Assembly (NCBI RefSeq): GCF_030144855.1
Contig: NC_082718.1
Span: 23,312,001-23,376,000, forward strand
Reading direction: 5' to 3'
Length of the DNA: 64,000 nucleotides
Source: Hypanus sabinus
Lineage: Eukaryota
The notes beneath the pieces were generated by a model that saw nothing but the letters and a program-made list of their open reading frames with translations, made no database searches and had not been told where the DNA came from. Shown here piece after piece: positions 24,742 through 38,686 of the stretch. Both the position numbers and the translations under genes were made by a program. Each line of letters opens with the position of its first letter. Position 1 is the stretch's first letter.

Positions 24742-27700
24742 TAGACCATAAGATATAGGAGCAGAATTAGTCCATTTAACCTATCAGGTTTGTTCTGCCA
24801 TTTCATCATGGCTGATCCATTTTTTCTCTTAGCCCCAAACTCCTGCATTTCACCCATATCCTTTCATGCCTTGACCAATCAAGAAACTAGCAAACTGCGG
24901 TAAATATACATAAAAACTTAGCTTCCACAACTGCTGAGAGTAGAAAAGAATTCCACAGATTTGCCACTTTGGCTAAAGAAATCCCTGTTCATCTCTGTTC
25001 TAAAAGCATACCCTTCTATTTCTGAGGCTGGTCTTAGGCTCTCCCACTTTTGGAAACATCGTCTACACATCCAATCAAGACCTTTCACCATTCAATAGGT
25101 TTCAATTAGGTCACCCCTCATTTTTCTGAATTCTAGTGAATACAGGCCCAAATGCCAGTCAAAAGACAAACTCTGCAATCCTGGAATCATTTTTGTGAAC
25201 TTCCTTTGAACCCTCTCCAGTTTTAGCACATCCTTCCTAAGATAAGGGGCCCAAAACTGCTCACAAAACTCCAAGTGAAGCCTCGCCAGTGTTTTATAAA
25301 GTCCCAACATTAGATCCTTGCTTTTATATTCTAGTCCTCTTGAAATGAATGTTGATATTGCATTTGCCACCCTCATTACAGACTCAACCTGCAAATTAAC
25401 CTTTAGGGAATCCTGCACAGAAACTCCCAAGTCCATTTGTGCCTCCGATTTTTGCATTATCTCTCCCTTTAATTCCTTCTACCAAAGTGCATGACCATAT
25501 ATTTCCTGATGCTGTATTCTATCTGCCACTTCTTTGTCTATTCTCCTAATCTAAGAACTTCTGTAGCCTCTCTACATCCTCAAAACTACCTGCCCCTCCA
25601 CCTAAATTTGTATTATCTGCAAACTTTGCAACAAAGCCATCAATTCCATCATCCAAATTATTTACATACTGTGTAACATAAAAATAATTAGTCCCAATAC
25701 AGACCTCTGCCACTGCTTTATCCATGCTGGAATCTTTCCTGCAATACCATTGGCTCGTAGTTTGTTAAACAACCTCATGGATGGCACCTTGGCAAAGGCC
25801 TTCTAAAAACTCAAGTAATTCAGAAGGCAGTGGAGGCCAATTCACTGGATGCTTTCAAGAAAGAGTTAAATAGAGCTCTTAAAGATAGCGGAGTCGAGGG
25901 ATATAGGGAGAAGGTAGGAACGATGTACTGATTGTGGATGATCAGCCATGATCACACTGAATGGTGGTGCTGGCTCGAAGGGCCGAATGGCCTACTCCTG
26001 CACCTATTGTCTATAACATCAACCAATTCTCCTTTGTCTATCCTGCTTGTTACTTCTTCAAAGAATTCCAACAGATTTGTCAGGCTGGAATTTCCCTTGA
26101 AGAAACCATGCTGACTATGACCTATTCTGTCATGTACCTCCAAGTACCCTGAAACCACATCCTTAACAATCAACTCCAACATCTTCCAAACCATAGAGGT
26201 CAGACCATCTAGCCTATAATTTCCTTTCTTCTACCTCTCTGCCTTCTTGAAGAGTGCAGTAATATTTGCAATTTTCCTGTCTTACAGAACCATTCCAGAA
26301 TCTAATGATTCTTGAAAAATCATTACTAATGTCTCCACAATCTCTTCAGCCACCTTTTTCAGAACACTGGTGTGTACAGGTGACTTATCTACCTTCAGAT
26401 CTTACAGTTTCCCAAGAACCTTCTCCCTAGTAATGGTAACCTCACACACTTCATAAATACTGACACCTGAAACTTCTACCATACTACTAGTGAAGACTGA
26501 TGCAAAATACTTATTCAGTTTGTCCACTATTTCCTTGTCCCCCATTACTATCTGTCCAGAAGTGTTTTCCAGCTGCCTGATAGTTACTCTTGCCCCTCTT
26601 TTACACTTTATGTATCTGAAGAAACTTTTGGTGTCTTCTTTAATACTATTGGCTAACTGACTTTTGTATTCCATCTTTACCCTTTTAATGACTTTTTAGT
26701 TACCTTTTATCAGTTTTTAAAAACTTTCCAATCCTCTAATTTCCCACTAATTTTGCTCTATTATATGCCCTCTCTTTGGCTTTTACGTTGGCTTTGACTT
26801 CTCTTGTTAGGCATGGTTAGCCACATCTTGCCTTTAGAATACTTCTTCCTCTTTGGAATGTATATATCCTGAGCCTTCCAAATCGCTTCCAGAAATTCCA
26901 GTCATTGATGCTCTGCCATCCTCCCTGCCAGTTCTTTTCCAATCAATTCTGGCCAACTCGTCTCTCAAGCCTCAATAATTCCCTTTACTCCACTGTAATA
27001 CTGATACATCTGACTTTAGCTCCTCCTTCTCAAATTTCATTGTAAATTCGTTCATATTATGATCTCTCTCCCCTTATGGTTCTTTTACCTTAAGCTCTCT
27101 AATCAATTCTGGTTCATTGCATAACACCCAATCCAATCAAACATGAGTTGCTCTAAAAAGCCATCTCAGGCATTCTAGAAATTTCCCCTCTTCAAATTCA
27201 ACACCAATCTGAATTTCCTACTACCTGCATATTGAAACCCCATATGACTATTGTAACATTGCCTTTTTGACATGCATTTTCTATCTCCCATTGTAATTTG
27301 TGGACCGCATCCTTTCAACTGTTTGAGGGTTCTGTGTATAACTCCCATCAGGGTCTTTTCACCCTTGCATTTCCTTAGCTCTATCCACAATGATTCAACA
27401 CTTTCTCACCCCATGTCACCTCTTTCTAATGATTTGATGTCATTTTTTACCCACAGAGCAACACTAACCCTCTGCCTTATTTTTGATACAATGTGTATCC
27501 TTGAATTAATGTTGTTCCTAGCAATAATCTTGTTTCATCCATGTGATGCCCACATCATACATTCTCAATCTGTAACTGTTACCAGTTAATCTACCTTATT
27601 CTGTAAACTGCGCATTCAGATATAACACCTTAAATCCTGTATTCGCCCTTTTCGATTTTGTCCTCTTTTTGCATTGGGACTCATCCTGTTAACTGCAATT

Positions 27701-28790
27701 TTGCCCTATCATCAGCCTGTCATTGCTAGGAGTCTCACTGCACATTACCTCTGTTTTTAAAATTAACTTAAAACATCTCTAGCCAGCCTGCCCACAAGGA
27801 TATTGGACCCCCCCCCCCCTTGGTTCAGGTGTCCCTTTTGTACAGATCGTACTTTCCCCAGAAGAGATCCCAATGATCTGTAAACCTGAATCCCTGCCCC
27901 CCCTGCTCCAGTTCCTCAGACAAGTCATCCTATTCATACTTTCACTGCCATGTGGCACAGGCAGCAAGCCAGGGATTATTACCCTGGAGGTCTCAATTTT
28001 CTACCTAGCTCCCTAAAATCTCTCTTCAGGGCCTCCTCACCTTGTCTACCTGTCATTGGTGCCAATATGTACGAAGACTTCTGGCTGCTCACCCTCACCT
28101 TTGAGAATGCCATGGACCTGAAATACCATCTGTGTGTCTCTTTCAAGCCCACAGAACCTCATCTCTATTCTTCTGACTAAGGGATCAATCAACACTCTAC
28201 TCTTCTTCACCTCTCTGCTCTACTGAGCCATAACACCAAACTCAGAGACCCAGTCACTATAGCTCCCCCCCCCTCCCCCAGTAGGTTGTCCCTCTCAATA
28301 GCATTTGAAGTTGTATAATTATTCTTGAGGGGAACACCCATAGGTGTACTCTACACTGGCTATGCATTTCCCTTTCTTCTGACAGTCACCCAGTTACCTG
28401 TCTCTTGCAGGGGTGACTACCTCCCTGTAGCTCCTGTCTATCACCTCCTCATTCTCCCGTATGAATCAAAGATCATCGACCTGCAGCACCAGTTCCTTAA
28501 TACATTCTCTCAGGAGCTGTAACTTGGTGCACCTTGTGCAGGTATGTGTGTCTGGGAGACTGGAGGTCCCCCAGACTTCCCACATCCCACAAGGAGTGCA
28601 AAAAATAATGCCCCGGAGCCATTCTCGCTAAACTACTATGCCCTATTAGATGAGAAATGAGCAAATAAGAACAGAGAGAGAGTAACCTTCATAATACTTT
28701 ACCTCATCCAAACCTGATGAGCCAAAGCCACTCAAAAGACTGGCATACACAAAAGAATGGCTGCACTGCTTGAGCTGAGTTATTTTTATT
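24742..28790 (-). mobile_element. Long decayed CR1 LINE (ORF1, endonuclease and RT remnants) with a nested plus-strand CR1 3' end at about 25820-26013
   Basis: ORFs WIELRKCKG, QHGFFKGNSSLTNLLEFFEEVT and LYKTLARLHLEFCEQFWAP. Confidence 0.85.
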
Positions 28791-30469
28791 GGCCCTTTCT
28801 AATGAATCCCTTGCTGATTGGTTGCTCCTGAACTCAGAGAAACTCTGCCTTAAAAATCTCAGTTGCTGTCCTGATTGAACAGTAGCTCCTTTAACACAGC
28901 CCTGAAATTGATTTTGTATGATAGTGGCTGATCTGCCCCAGGCATCAACACCTGTGCCAATTTCACATTGCCCTCAATTCCCCAATCTTTCAAACACAAA
29001 ATATCTACCTTCTTTTTCAATACCTCCAGTGACTCTCTGGTAGGAAGTTCCATGAACCACAACACTTTGCATAGAGAAATTCCTACCTACCTAAGTTTTA
29101 AATGTCTACCCACTTGAATGTATGTCCCCCTTATTTGAGGAGTGGAAACATCTCAACATTATCATATGCTTCTAGAATTTTTTAATGTTTCAATAACTCC
29201 TAATTCTTTTAAACCCTTAACATTTTTTACTGTTTATGATGGGTCATTCCAAGAATTGGTGCACCTTCTCTAGACAGCCTCCAAAGTTCATATCTGGGTG
29301 CTTATTTTTTTAATTAGAAGCCAAAACTGTACACTGCCCCAGATGCAGCCACATCAAAACCCTGCAGAATTGGAAAAGTACTGGCCTATGCATATCAATT
29401 TTCACGACCTTCTACAGCAGTGCAGCTGCGAACATCCTAACATGCTGCATCACCGTGTGGTTCAGAAATTGCACTGTGGTGGACAGGAGGGCTCTGCATC
29501 AGGTAGCTAAAATTACCAATAGATCACTGGCACCAGCCTATTTGCCATTCAGGATATACAAATTGTAGTTGCCAAGAAAAGGCTAGTGATAGATGGAGTT
29601 CAACTCAGATAAGTGTAAGGTTGTTCATTTTGGTAGGTCAAATATGATGGCAGAATATAGTATTAATGGCAAGACTCTTGGCAGTGTGGAGGATCAGAGG
29701 GATCTTAGGATCCAAGTCCATAGAATGCTCAAAGCTGCTATGTAGGTTGCTCTGTGGTTAAGGAGTCCTTCATCAATCGTGGGTTTGAGTTTAAGAGCCA
29801 AGAAGTAATGTTGCAGTGGACCCTGGTCAGACCCCACTTGGAGTACTGTGCTCAATTCTGGTCGCCTCACTACAGGAAGGATGTGGAATAGAAAGGGTTT
29901 CAATGTCCATAGTAGACTTGGATAGCTTAGACTCTGCTCCTTCCTCCAAGACTTAATAGTTTGTAAATAACTGAGGATCAGGTACTGACCCTTGGGATAT
30001 TGATACTGCACTTGTTACATCTTTCTCAAGCATCTGTGGAAAGAGAAACAGGGGGCACTGCCTTGACATCTATCATCAAAGATCCCCATCACTTGGGGTT
30101 TACCATCATCTCACAACTACCATTGTGCAGGAGATACAGAAGCAAGAATTCCCACACAAATTCAAGAAAATCCACTTTCCTTCACCAATTGATCCTTGAA
30201 CCCACCGGCACAACCCCTATTACTACAGTTTAAAAATCATTTTACTTATTTTATTCTAATTGTGTTCTTTATTGAGGAAAAATATGTATAATTTCATTTA
30301 ATTTCAGTTTTTCTTGTGACTGCTGCTTATATGATACAATGTGCCTGTAATGCTGCTGCAAGTAAGGTTTATACACATACTTATGACAATAAACTTGACT
30401 TTGACTTTAACATTGATAATATTGTATTTCTTCATGACAATAAATGTGACAGGTTTAGATTCACTGACT

Positions 30470-30695
30470 GTTAAAAGACAAATACCAGACAAATCCCCCT
30501 CCCCCACCCATATGGCTTCACCTATCACCCAGCTTGTACTCTTTTCCCTCCCCCACCCTCTTACTTTGGCTTCTTCTTCCTTCTTTTCCAGTCCTGGTGA
30601 AGGGTCTTGGCCCGAAACATCAAATGTTTATACATCTCCTTGGATGCTGCCTGACCTGCTAAATTCCTCCAGCATTTTGTGTGTGTTGCTCCAAA
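30470..30695 (+). mobile_element. Penelope-like terminal repeat with hammerhead-like core (30589-30626)
   Basis: CAGTC-CTGGTGA-AGGGTCTTGGCCC-GAAA-CA-TC, followed by the family tail. Confidence 0.7.
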
Positions 30696-31984
30696 TACAA
30701 AGTGGCATGCTTTTAAGTGAAAGCTTAAAGCAGACGTGCAGCACGAGGATTGGTGTTAACATGGAGAATGGAGGGTGCTTGGAACAGACTGCCAGAGGTG
30801 GTGGTGGGTGGCATTAAAAACTGGCTGTTAGGCACATGGATATGCAGAGAATGGAGGATATGGATCATCTGCTGGTAAAAAGGATTTAGCATAGCTTAGT
30901 ATGGCATAGTTTAGTATAGTACTGTATGATTTCGTTTCCCTTAGTTTAGTTTAATTGGGTACCTTGGACAGCACACACGTGATGAGCTCAAGGGCCTGTT
31001 CCCATGTTGTTTTGGATTTCCATCACCTGCAGATTCTTAAGAGATTGAAGATGAGCTTGATTTGTCACATGTACATTGAAACACACGGTGATAATTCATC
31101 GTCAGCGAATAATCAAACCCAATCGTTATGAAAGGTTCGATGGTTCAAAAGGTTCATTTATTAACAATGCATAAATCCATATTCAACTCTGGAATTTGTC
31201 GTCTCCAGATCGCTACGATGCAAAGAAAGAACATGAAAGTCGTTCTGACAGAAACATCAAACCCATCCACCCCTGCACAAAAAAGGGCATCTCAATCATA
31301 AATCCTCAAAATACCCCTCCCCGCACGAAAGGGAACAGGTTATTAAGGGTCTCGGCCCGAAGCATCAAATGTTTATTACTTTTCATTGATCTTCCCGACT
31401 TGCCGAGTTCTTCAAGCATTTTGTGTTAACTCTGGATTTCCAGCATCTGCAGAATCAGTTGTTTTCAAATCAAATCAGCAATCATTGTGCTGGGCAGCCT
31501 TCAATCTTGCTACACTTCCAGCACCAATAAAGCATGCCTACAGCTCACTAACCCTAACCAGTCTTTAGACCGTGGGGGAGAACGTGCCAATTCCTTACAG
31601 ACCCTATCAGCCCCATTCGAATTGAACCCGGCGCTGTAGAGCGTTACGCTACCTCTCTCATCAACCTTACCCCACCTCCCTCAACCTGTCCTGCCCTCTA
31701 AACCCGAAACTAATTAACCTTTACCCCCACTGACCTGACCCTCACCTTACCTCTCCCCCAACAAACTGGTTCCCATCGACTTCTCCCCATCCTCTTGACC
31801 CCCACCAATGTCAGCATCCCGTATCACACATCTGCTATCAATAATCCACATCCCTTAATGTTAGTGTCTTGTCCCTTCTAAAATTACCGGCCTCATGTCC
31901 ATCGTCCTTCAGTAATTCCCCCAATGCTTGTGAGCAACTTGTCCATTCCTTATGAATCGTTTTCCTTAGCTACCCTGTCCCTTA

Positions 31985-32560
31985 GCAGCCAATCACTCCA
32001 CCGCCACCGCTCTTCTTCGGCTCCCAGCTCCAGGAGAAGACACCGCCCGGTCGGACATGTTCCGCTCGCCTCTGCTGGGCCCGTCTCCCAGCAACCACAC
32101 AGGCTCGCTCAGTCGATACGGAAACCATCGATGGCGATCATCGCCAGTCGCTGGTGGCGCTCGATTGGTGGTGCCTGGCGGAGCCCGGCGGCACAACATG
32201 GCGGCGGCGGCGGTGGTGGCGCGGGCCGGGCGGTTGCATGGGCGGCGGATCCCGGTGAGCCAGTGCCACTGACGGCGGCGGGACAGGGGGCGAGTGACTC
32301 GTCCCGGGTTGGCCAGCCGCGATGTGTGAGAGTTACGGTCGGGCGTTGCTGCGGGTGGCGGTGGCGCAGATCTGCCAGGCGCTGGGCTGGGACTCTGTGC
32401 AGCTCACGGCCTGCGACATCCTCACCGACGTGCTCAACAGGTACATGGAGCAGCTGAGCCACGGCTGCCACCGATACAGCGAGCTTTGTGAGTACCGACG
32501 CCGCCGCAGCGCGCACAGGACACATGGGTAGAGGGAGGATTGTGCGGCGGCGGGCATCCC
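31985..32560 (+). promoter_or_regulatory. TAF3 CpG island promoter and 5' UTR
   Basis: Sharp GC/CpG enrichment. CCAAT at 31989-31993, ATTGG at 32164-32168, and YY1-like AACATGGCGGC at about 32195. Confidence 0.85.
32322..32487 (+). CDS. TAF3: TFIID subunit 3, coding exon 1 (start of histone-fold domain); no later exon recognised in window
   Basis: MCESYGRALLRVAVAQICQALGWDSVQLTACDILTDVLNRYMEQLSHGCHRYSEL, 166 nt, donor T|GTGAGT. Syntenic position downstream of ATP5F1C. Confidence 0.96.
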
Positions 32561-32569
32561 GGAACAACC

Positions 32570-33130
32570 TGATCCCACTACGATCTCTTACCCCATCAAC
32601 ATCTCTTTCCCCATCAGCCTGTGCTCCCTTCGAAACTGACCTTCATCAACTTCTACCCTCACCAACCTGACGCCTTCCCCGTCAACATCTATCCCTCATC
32701 AAAATCTCTCAAGCATCAACATCACTTCCCTTATCAATCTCACATCAACCTGTCCTTCCTTATAACCTGAATCTTATAAACTTCAACCCCCATCAAACTG
32801 TCCTCTCTTCTAACCTGACTCGTATCAATTTCTACCCCACCAACCTATCTCCATCAAACTCAAGCATGAACCACCTCAACCATCAAACCAATCAAACATC
32901 AACCACCTCCCATCAATCCCTCCCCTATCAATCTGGCCTCCCTTCAACTCTTTATCAATTTTGACCCATACCAACCACCTCCTGACCTCTCCGCATCAAC
33001 CTGCCCTCACCCCTCTAATCTGACTTTTATGAATCTCTTACCTATCAACCTTTCTCCATCACCTTCCTCACCCAACCAACCAGACCCTTACCTGAATTCT
33101 CTCCGTCCACCTGACTCTCCCCCTCCACAA
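32570..33130. repeat. C-rich degenerate minisatellite (CATCAACCT-like units)
   Basis: Many imperfect (C)ATCAAC/ATCAAT units and very few G on the plus strand. A similar tract lies at about 31650-31830. Confidence 0.65.
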
Positions 33131-35859
33131 TTTCAATATGCCTTACAACAGTTTCACTGCTCCCTATCAATAACCCCATTTCTGTTCTTTCAGTCACCCA
33201 TCTCTGTTAGCTACCCTTTCTCTTCCTCCTCGACCCTGTCGGTTGTTTCCTCCCATCCATTATCAACAGCCTTTCATACCAACGAGCCAACACTCTCTCT
33301 AGACTTGCCCTCCCCATTCCAAAGTCCCCCAATTTTCTGTATTTATCAGGATCTGGTTTTCTATTAACCATTTTCACTGCTGCCAACCTTACACTCACTC
33401 AGCTCTGTCCTCTGTTTAGCACAGGACAGTGAATAGAGAGGTCAGTGATTAACCACTAACTAGCTGCATAACCGTGCTGCACAGCACACGTGAGCGGGGA
33501 GCAAAACTTCTCCCTATTCTCGTCGGACCCCACAAACTCAGTTATCTCCGCTAACTGTGCCACGGCTGGCCTGATGCTATTACAGCTCGAGGTGTTCTGG
33601 AGTTTGGAGTTCAGTTCTGGGACTGTTATGTAAGAAGTCTCTGCACATCTTCCCTGTGGAATGTGTGGATTTCTTCCCACAGTCTAAATATGTACTTTGT
33701 AGGTTAGTTGGTTATGGAAGTTGTCCCATGATTAGGTTGGGTTAGTCTTGGTTGTGAAGTTGCTGAGGCATCGTGGCTGGAAAGGCCAGAAGGGACTACT
33801 ACATAGTGTATCACTAAATAAAAATAAAACTCCCATTTACTGTGACCACCATGTCAGTCTATTAATTGCCATACTCTCCCAATATCAGTTTACTCATCAC
33901 TAATTACTGGTTTACTCCCTCCTTTGACCTCTGCACTCACTGTCCTGACCCAGCAGCCCTTCTGATATTTCTTCCCTCCCTGCACCTCTCACAGGGGCAC
34001 GCTGCCAGCAGCCCACAGATTGGAGGCATACTCCTCCAACATTTCTGTTCTGCATTTCGTGAAATAGGGCTAGAAATGGAATGGGTTGCTTGTGCTGGAG
34101 GAATGGGTAAGACAGATAATTAGGTATAAGAACATAGAATATTTAGTCCTATTTATTGCCACAGATGGCTGTGGAGGACAAATCATTGAGTATATTCAAA
34201 TCAGTCATAATTGAATGGCAGGGCAGACTTAATGGGCTGAATGGCCTAATTCTGGTCCTATGTCTTATTCTCTGACTTAACAACAACATGTTTGTTTAAC
34301 AAATATCTCAATCTGTTTGTGAAGGAGAATTTAAAATTTTCTACTACTTACTAATTCTTTCCTTATTCCATTCCTGAAAGCCCTGGTTCTAATTTTTGAA
34401 CCATGCCCTCTAGTTCTGGACTTTTCAACAGGAGAAAATAGTTTCTTGTTATCTGTTGTAACACACTACATTTCAAGATATTTATGATAGTTGAGGCTTC
34501 ATTTTGAATGTTTATAGAGTTAGATCTATCTTAATTGTAAACACACCTCCATGTGTTTGTGATTTCACATGAAAGTTCGTATCTAATGTGATTTTCCAAT
34601 ATTGATAGCTGGCAGTCACTGTAAAGCAACACTAATGAATGGAAACTTATAAACTCCCTCTTTTTCCCTTTCATACCCACTGTATCTTTGACTATTCAAG
34701 TGCTGCAGAAACAGTCTGTTTGCTTGTTATCTGCACATTTCACAAAACAAGTAAAAAGTAACACGCATTCAAAACACTGGAAGAACTCGGCAGGTTTTGC
34801 AGCATCCATGGAGGGGAATAAACAGTCAATGTTTCAGATAGTGTAGCAGTTAGTGTGACACTATTACAGCACCAGCATCTAGGTTCATTTGTACGTTCTT
34901 CCCATGACTGTTCAGGTTTCCTCTAAATACTCTAGTTTCCTCTCATATTTCCACAGCTAAACTTTTTTCTTGCTAGTGCATTAGCTTTAGAAATACTACT
35001 TTTCTATATTATAAACATAATCATCTGTAAGAGTATTTCATAATTAGATTTACAGCTGTATGTTATTTTTGAATTGTGTCATGAGAACTTCTCAATTAAG
35101 TATTAAGTAATGCCAACTGTCAATGTTATCACCAGGTATAAATTGAGCTGGTGGATATATATGTTATGCTTAACATGGCCACAAATATGCAAGGTGAGAT
35201 TGCATTATATAGGTCTACTCTTTGTACAGTTTATACAGTATATAGTAAATTTTTTGAGACTAGTGTTGCAATGATGGAGAGGAGGCATTGTTTATTGAGC
35301 CCCACGATGAATACACAACAATTGAGAGTTTCGGTGCTACAATTTTTAGTTTACTTTCAATTTGTCCCACCTGAATTATGTATTTTGTGAATGGTTTGTG
35401 GCGTTCTCATTGTAATTTGAAAATGTAGTTAGTGCAACACTATAATAGCTTGGGATGTTCCAGTGCTTGGAGTTCAATTCCAGCACCATCTTTAAGGAGT
35501 TTGTACATTCTCGCCGTGACAGCGTGTGTTTCCTCTGGGTGCGCCAGTTTCCTCCCACAGTGCTGACTACAAACATGGATTCAGTCTATGAATTCAATCA
35601 AATGTAGCTCCAGAACAGACTAGAAATGGAACATTTGGATGATCTAATGAGGATTAAAACTTAACTTTCTTCTGATGTGAAATTAACTAGACAGTGTTTA
35701 TAGACAATGAATTTGTAATAAAGACAGGTGACAAAAAGATTTAGGAAAGGTAAAAGATTTTCTTTGTACTGTACCCTTAATTAAGCCCTTTGATTAATAA
35801 ATAAAATTTAAAGTGTATGATTTATCAATTTTCATTGTAAATATTCATAGTGTGTATAT

Positions 35860-35940
35860 CAGAATCAGGCTTATTATCACCAGCATGTGACGTGAAATTT
35901 TTTAACTTAGCAGCAGCATTTCAATGCAATACATAATCTA

Positions 35941-35979
<39 letters not shown>

Positions 35980-36790
35980 ATAATAATAAATAAAATAAAA
36001 CATAATAATTAAACAAATAAATCAATTACGTATATTGAATAGATTTTTTTAAGTGCAAAAACAGAAATACTGTATATTTTTAAAAAGTGAGGTTGTGTCC
36101 AAAGCTTCAATGTCCATTTAGGAATCGGATGGCAGAGGGGAAGAAGCTGTTCCTGAATCGCTGAGTGTGTACCTTCAGGCTTCTGTATCTCCTACCTGAT
36201 GGTAACAGTGGGAAAAGGGCATGCTTTGGGTACTGGAGGTCCTTAATAATGGACGCTGCCTTTCTGAGACACCGCTCCCTAAAGATGTCTTGGGTACTTT
36301 GTAGGCTAGTGCCCAAGGTGGAGCTGATTACTAGATTTACAGCATGCTGCAGCTTCTTTTGGTCCTGTGCAGTAGCTCCTCCATACCAGACAGTGATGCA
36401 GCATGTCAGAATGCTCTCCACGGTACATCTATAGAAGTTTTTGAGTGTATTTGTTGACATGCCAAATCTCTTCAAACTCCTCATAAAATATAGCTGCTGT
36501 CTTGCCTTCTTTATGACTACATCAATATGTTGGGACCAGGTAAGATCCTCAGAGATCTTGACACCCAGATCTCGCTCCACTTCTGATCCCTCTATGAGGA
36601 TTGGTATTTGTGGAGAGCCATTGAGATTGCGTCTGCTGTTGACCTATTGTGGCGGTAGGCAAATTGCAATGGGTCCAGGTCCTTGCTGAGGCAGGAGTTC
36701 AGTCTAGTCATGACCAACCTCTCAAAGCATTTCATCACTGTTGATGTGAGTGCTACCAGGCAGCCCACATTATTCTTCTTTAGCACTGAT
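35860..36790 (-). mobile_element. Rex1/Babar-type LINE 3' fragment, well preserved, with internal deletion
   Basis: ORF 36107-36580 (LGVKISEDLTWSQHI...LYFMRSL...ESILTCCITVWYG) abuts the RT start [14 protein letters not shown]...DPLQFAYR. Confidence 0.88.
35943..35974. repeat. (AG)16 microsatellite
   Basis: Perfect AG run inside the LINE 3' UTR. Confidence 0.95.
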
Positions 36791-38686
36791 ACAAAGAAAA
36801 CTTATATTACAAAGAAAAAAGCATATGAAGTGCCACACAGTTTTCAAGCTGCATAAAAATTTGTTGTGCAGTTGTAAAAAAAAAAGCTAGCGAGAACATT
36901 GCTTAAGACAGTCACCTCCTACTTCTAATTTTTTAAATTAGCTTGAAATCCATGTAACCTATGCAGCAGAAGTGTAGATTTTTAGATAATTTCCACTAAC
37001 TGATTTCAAATTATTTAATTAAATCCTTCTTTTAGTTAGTGAAGTTGACATTAAAATGAGACTTAAAAGTAACCACTTGTATGTTGTGGATATTTGACAG
37101 TTTTAAAGTATTTGGCTGGAATAACCAATCCTTTTCCAGTAGTGTGGAAGTTAAAAGAATGATTGCCATTGCATTGTGTCATCGGCCGAACTTTGTGCTA
37201 TGGCTCAGCAGTTTCCAGCATTTTGGCTTAAAATATGTTAGTGACTTTAGAATGCTTCCAGCTCCAATCATCCCAGCCCATGTACTGTAGGTCCCTGCTC
37301 CAGCATCAGACAGCAGACTTTAAAGCTCAAAGGTAGGGCAGACTCACTGTAGAGAAACAATTCCCATGTGTTATGCCATTGCATCGTCTTACTAAAACCA
37401 TTGACTTAAACATGGTCATTGTATATTTTGAAATTCTGATGCCTTTAGTGGGTTATTATTGAAAAATGCTTATGAAACGGACTAATTGTCTGATTAATTT
37501 CACTAAAAAAGCTACTAACCAAGTTTGTTTTATATCTATATTTAGTGCTTGAAAATTTGTTTTTATATTTTATTTTATTTGGGATGTGGGTGAGTTCAAA
37601 TTTAATTTGTCCACCCCCTAATTGTTTTCTAGAAGGTGATGGAAAACTAATTATTGAATAACTGCAGCCCTTGTGTTGAGTTCAGGCTGATCAACACCTC
37701 CACCCATTAACCTGTCCCACCACCACTACATACACGACACCTAGCGTCACTTTATGCACATACAATCAGTCTATATATGTATATGACAGTTACTTGTACA
37801 TTGTGTTTTGTAGGATTGCTTTTTTTTAATGCTGCATCATATACAGAGCAACAATCATTTTATTCTCCTTTACACTTTTTTTTTACTGAGGAATGATAAT
37901 AAACAGCATTGAATCAATGCTGTTGAGTTCCAGGATTTAAATACTATAACCTTGAAGAAATGGTGATGCATTTTCAAGTCAGGTTGTGACTTAGACAACA
38001 TGCACCTGAAGCTTTGCCCTAATTAATGGTAGACAGTATCGGAACGTACCGTCACAATAGTCATTAAGTTACTGCAGTGCATTTTGGCGATGACACACTG
38101 CAGGTACATTGTGATGTGATTGAATGTTTTGGGGAGGATGGGAGCCAGTCAGGTGACTGCATTGTCCTGGGTCATGCTAAAGTTCGGTCTTAGGAGAATT
38201 TTAATTTGGATCTATCCAATCAAAATAATAGATACATTATTAATAGATAATTAATTACATTTTAAATGCTAACAAAATAGAATGCTCTTTTATTCTGCAT
38301 ATATTTTCATCATCTTTATTAGTCACATAGATCAATCCAAAATCTTGTGGAACTCACCAAACTCAGCTAGACTTCTACTGGAAATGTTAGAATTTTGCTT
38401 TGTGGACTTGGTGTCTGTGTATTGAGGTAATGAAAATCAGCTCAACTTCTCATCCTTGCTTTGATCTTTGGTGCTTTGACAGGTTGATGTGCAGCTTTGA
38501 GTGAAAACACATGAAAGCTCACTGTCTGGTTACGCAAAATACATAGCAACAAAACAAGCTATTGGAGGAGCTTGCGAGTCAGACTGGTTCTATAGAGGAA
38601 GTGGATACTCAGTGTTTCAGGTTGATATCCTTCATCTGATCTCCCCTGCTCAACAACCTCCAACCTGATAGTTACCCAACCCTATA

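Noticed and set aside
31924-32670. Several long overlapping ORFs on both strands near TAF3
   Set aside because: Expected from stop-codon scarcity in a GC-rich CpG island. Only 32322-32487 matches a known protein.
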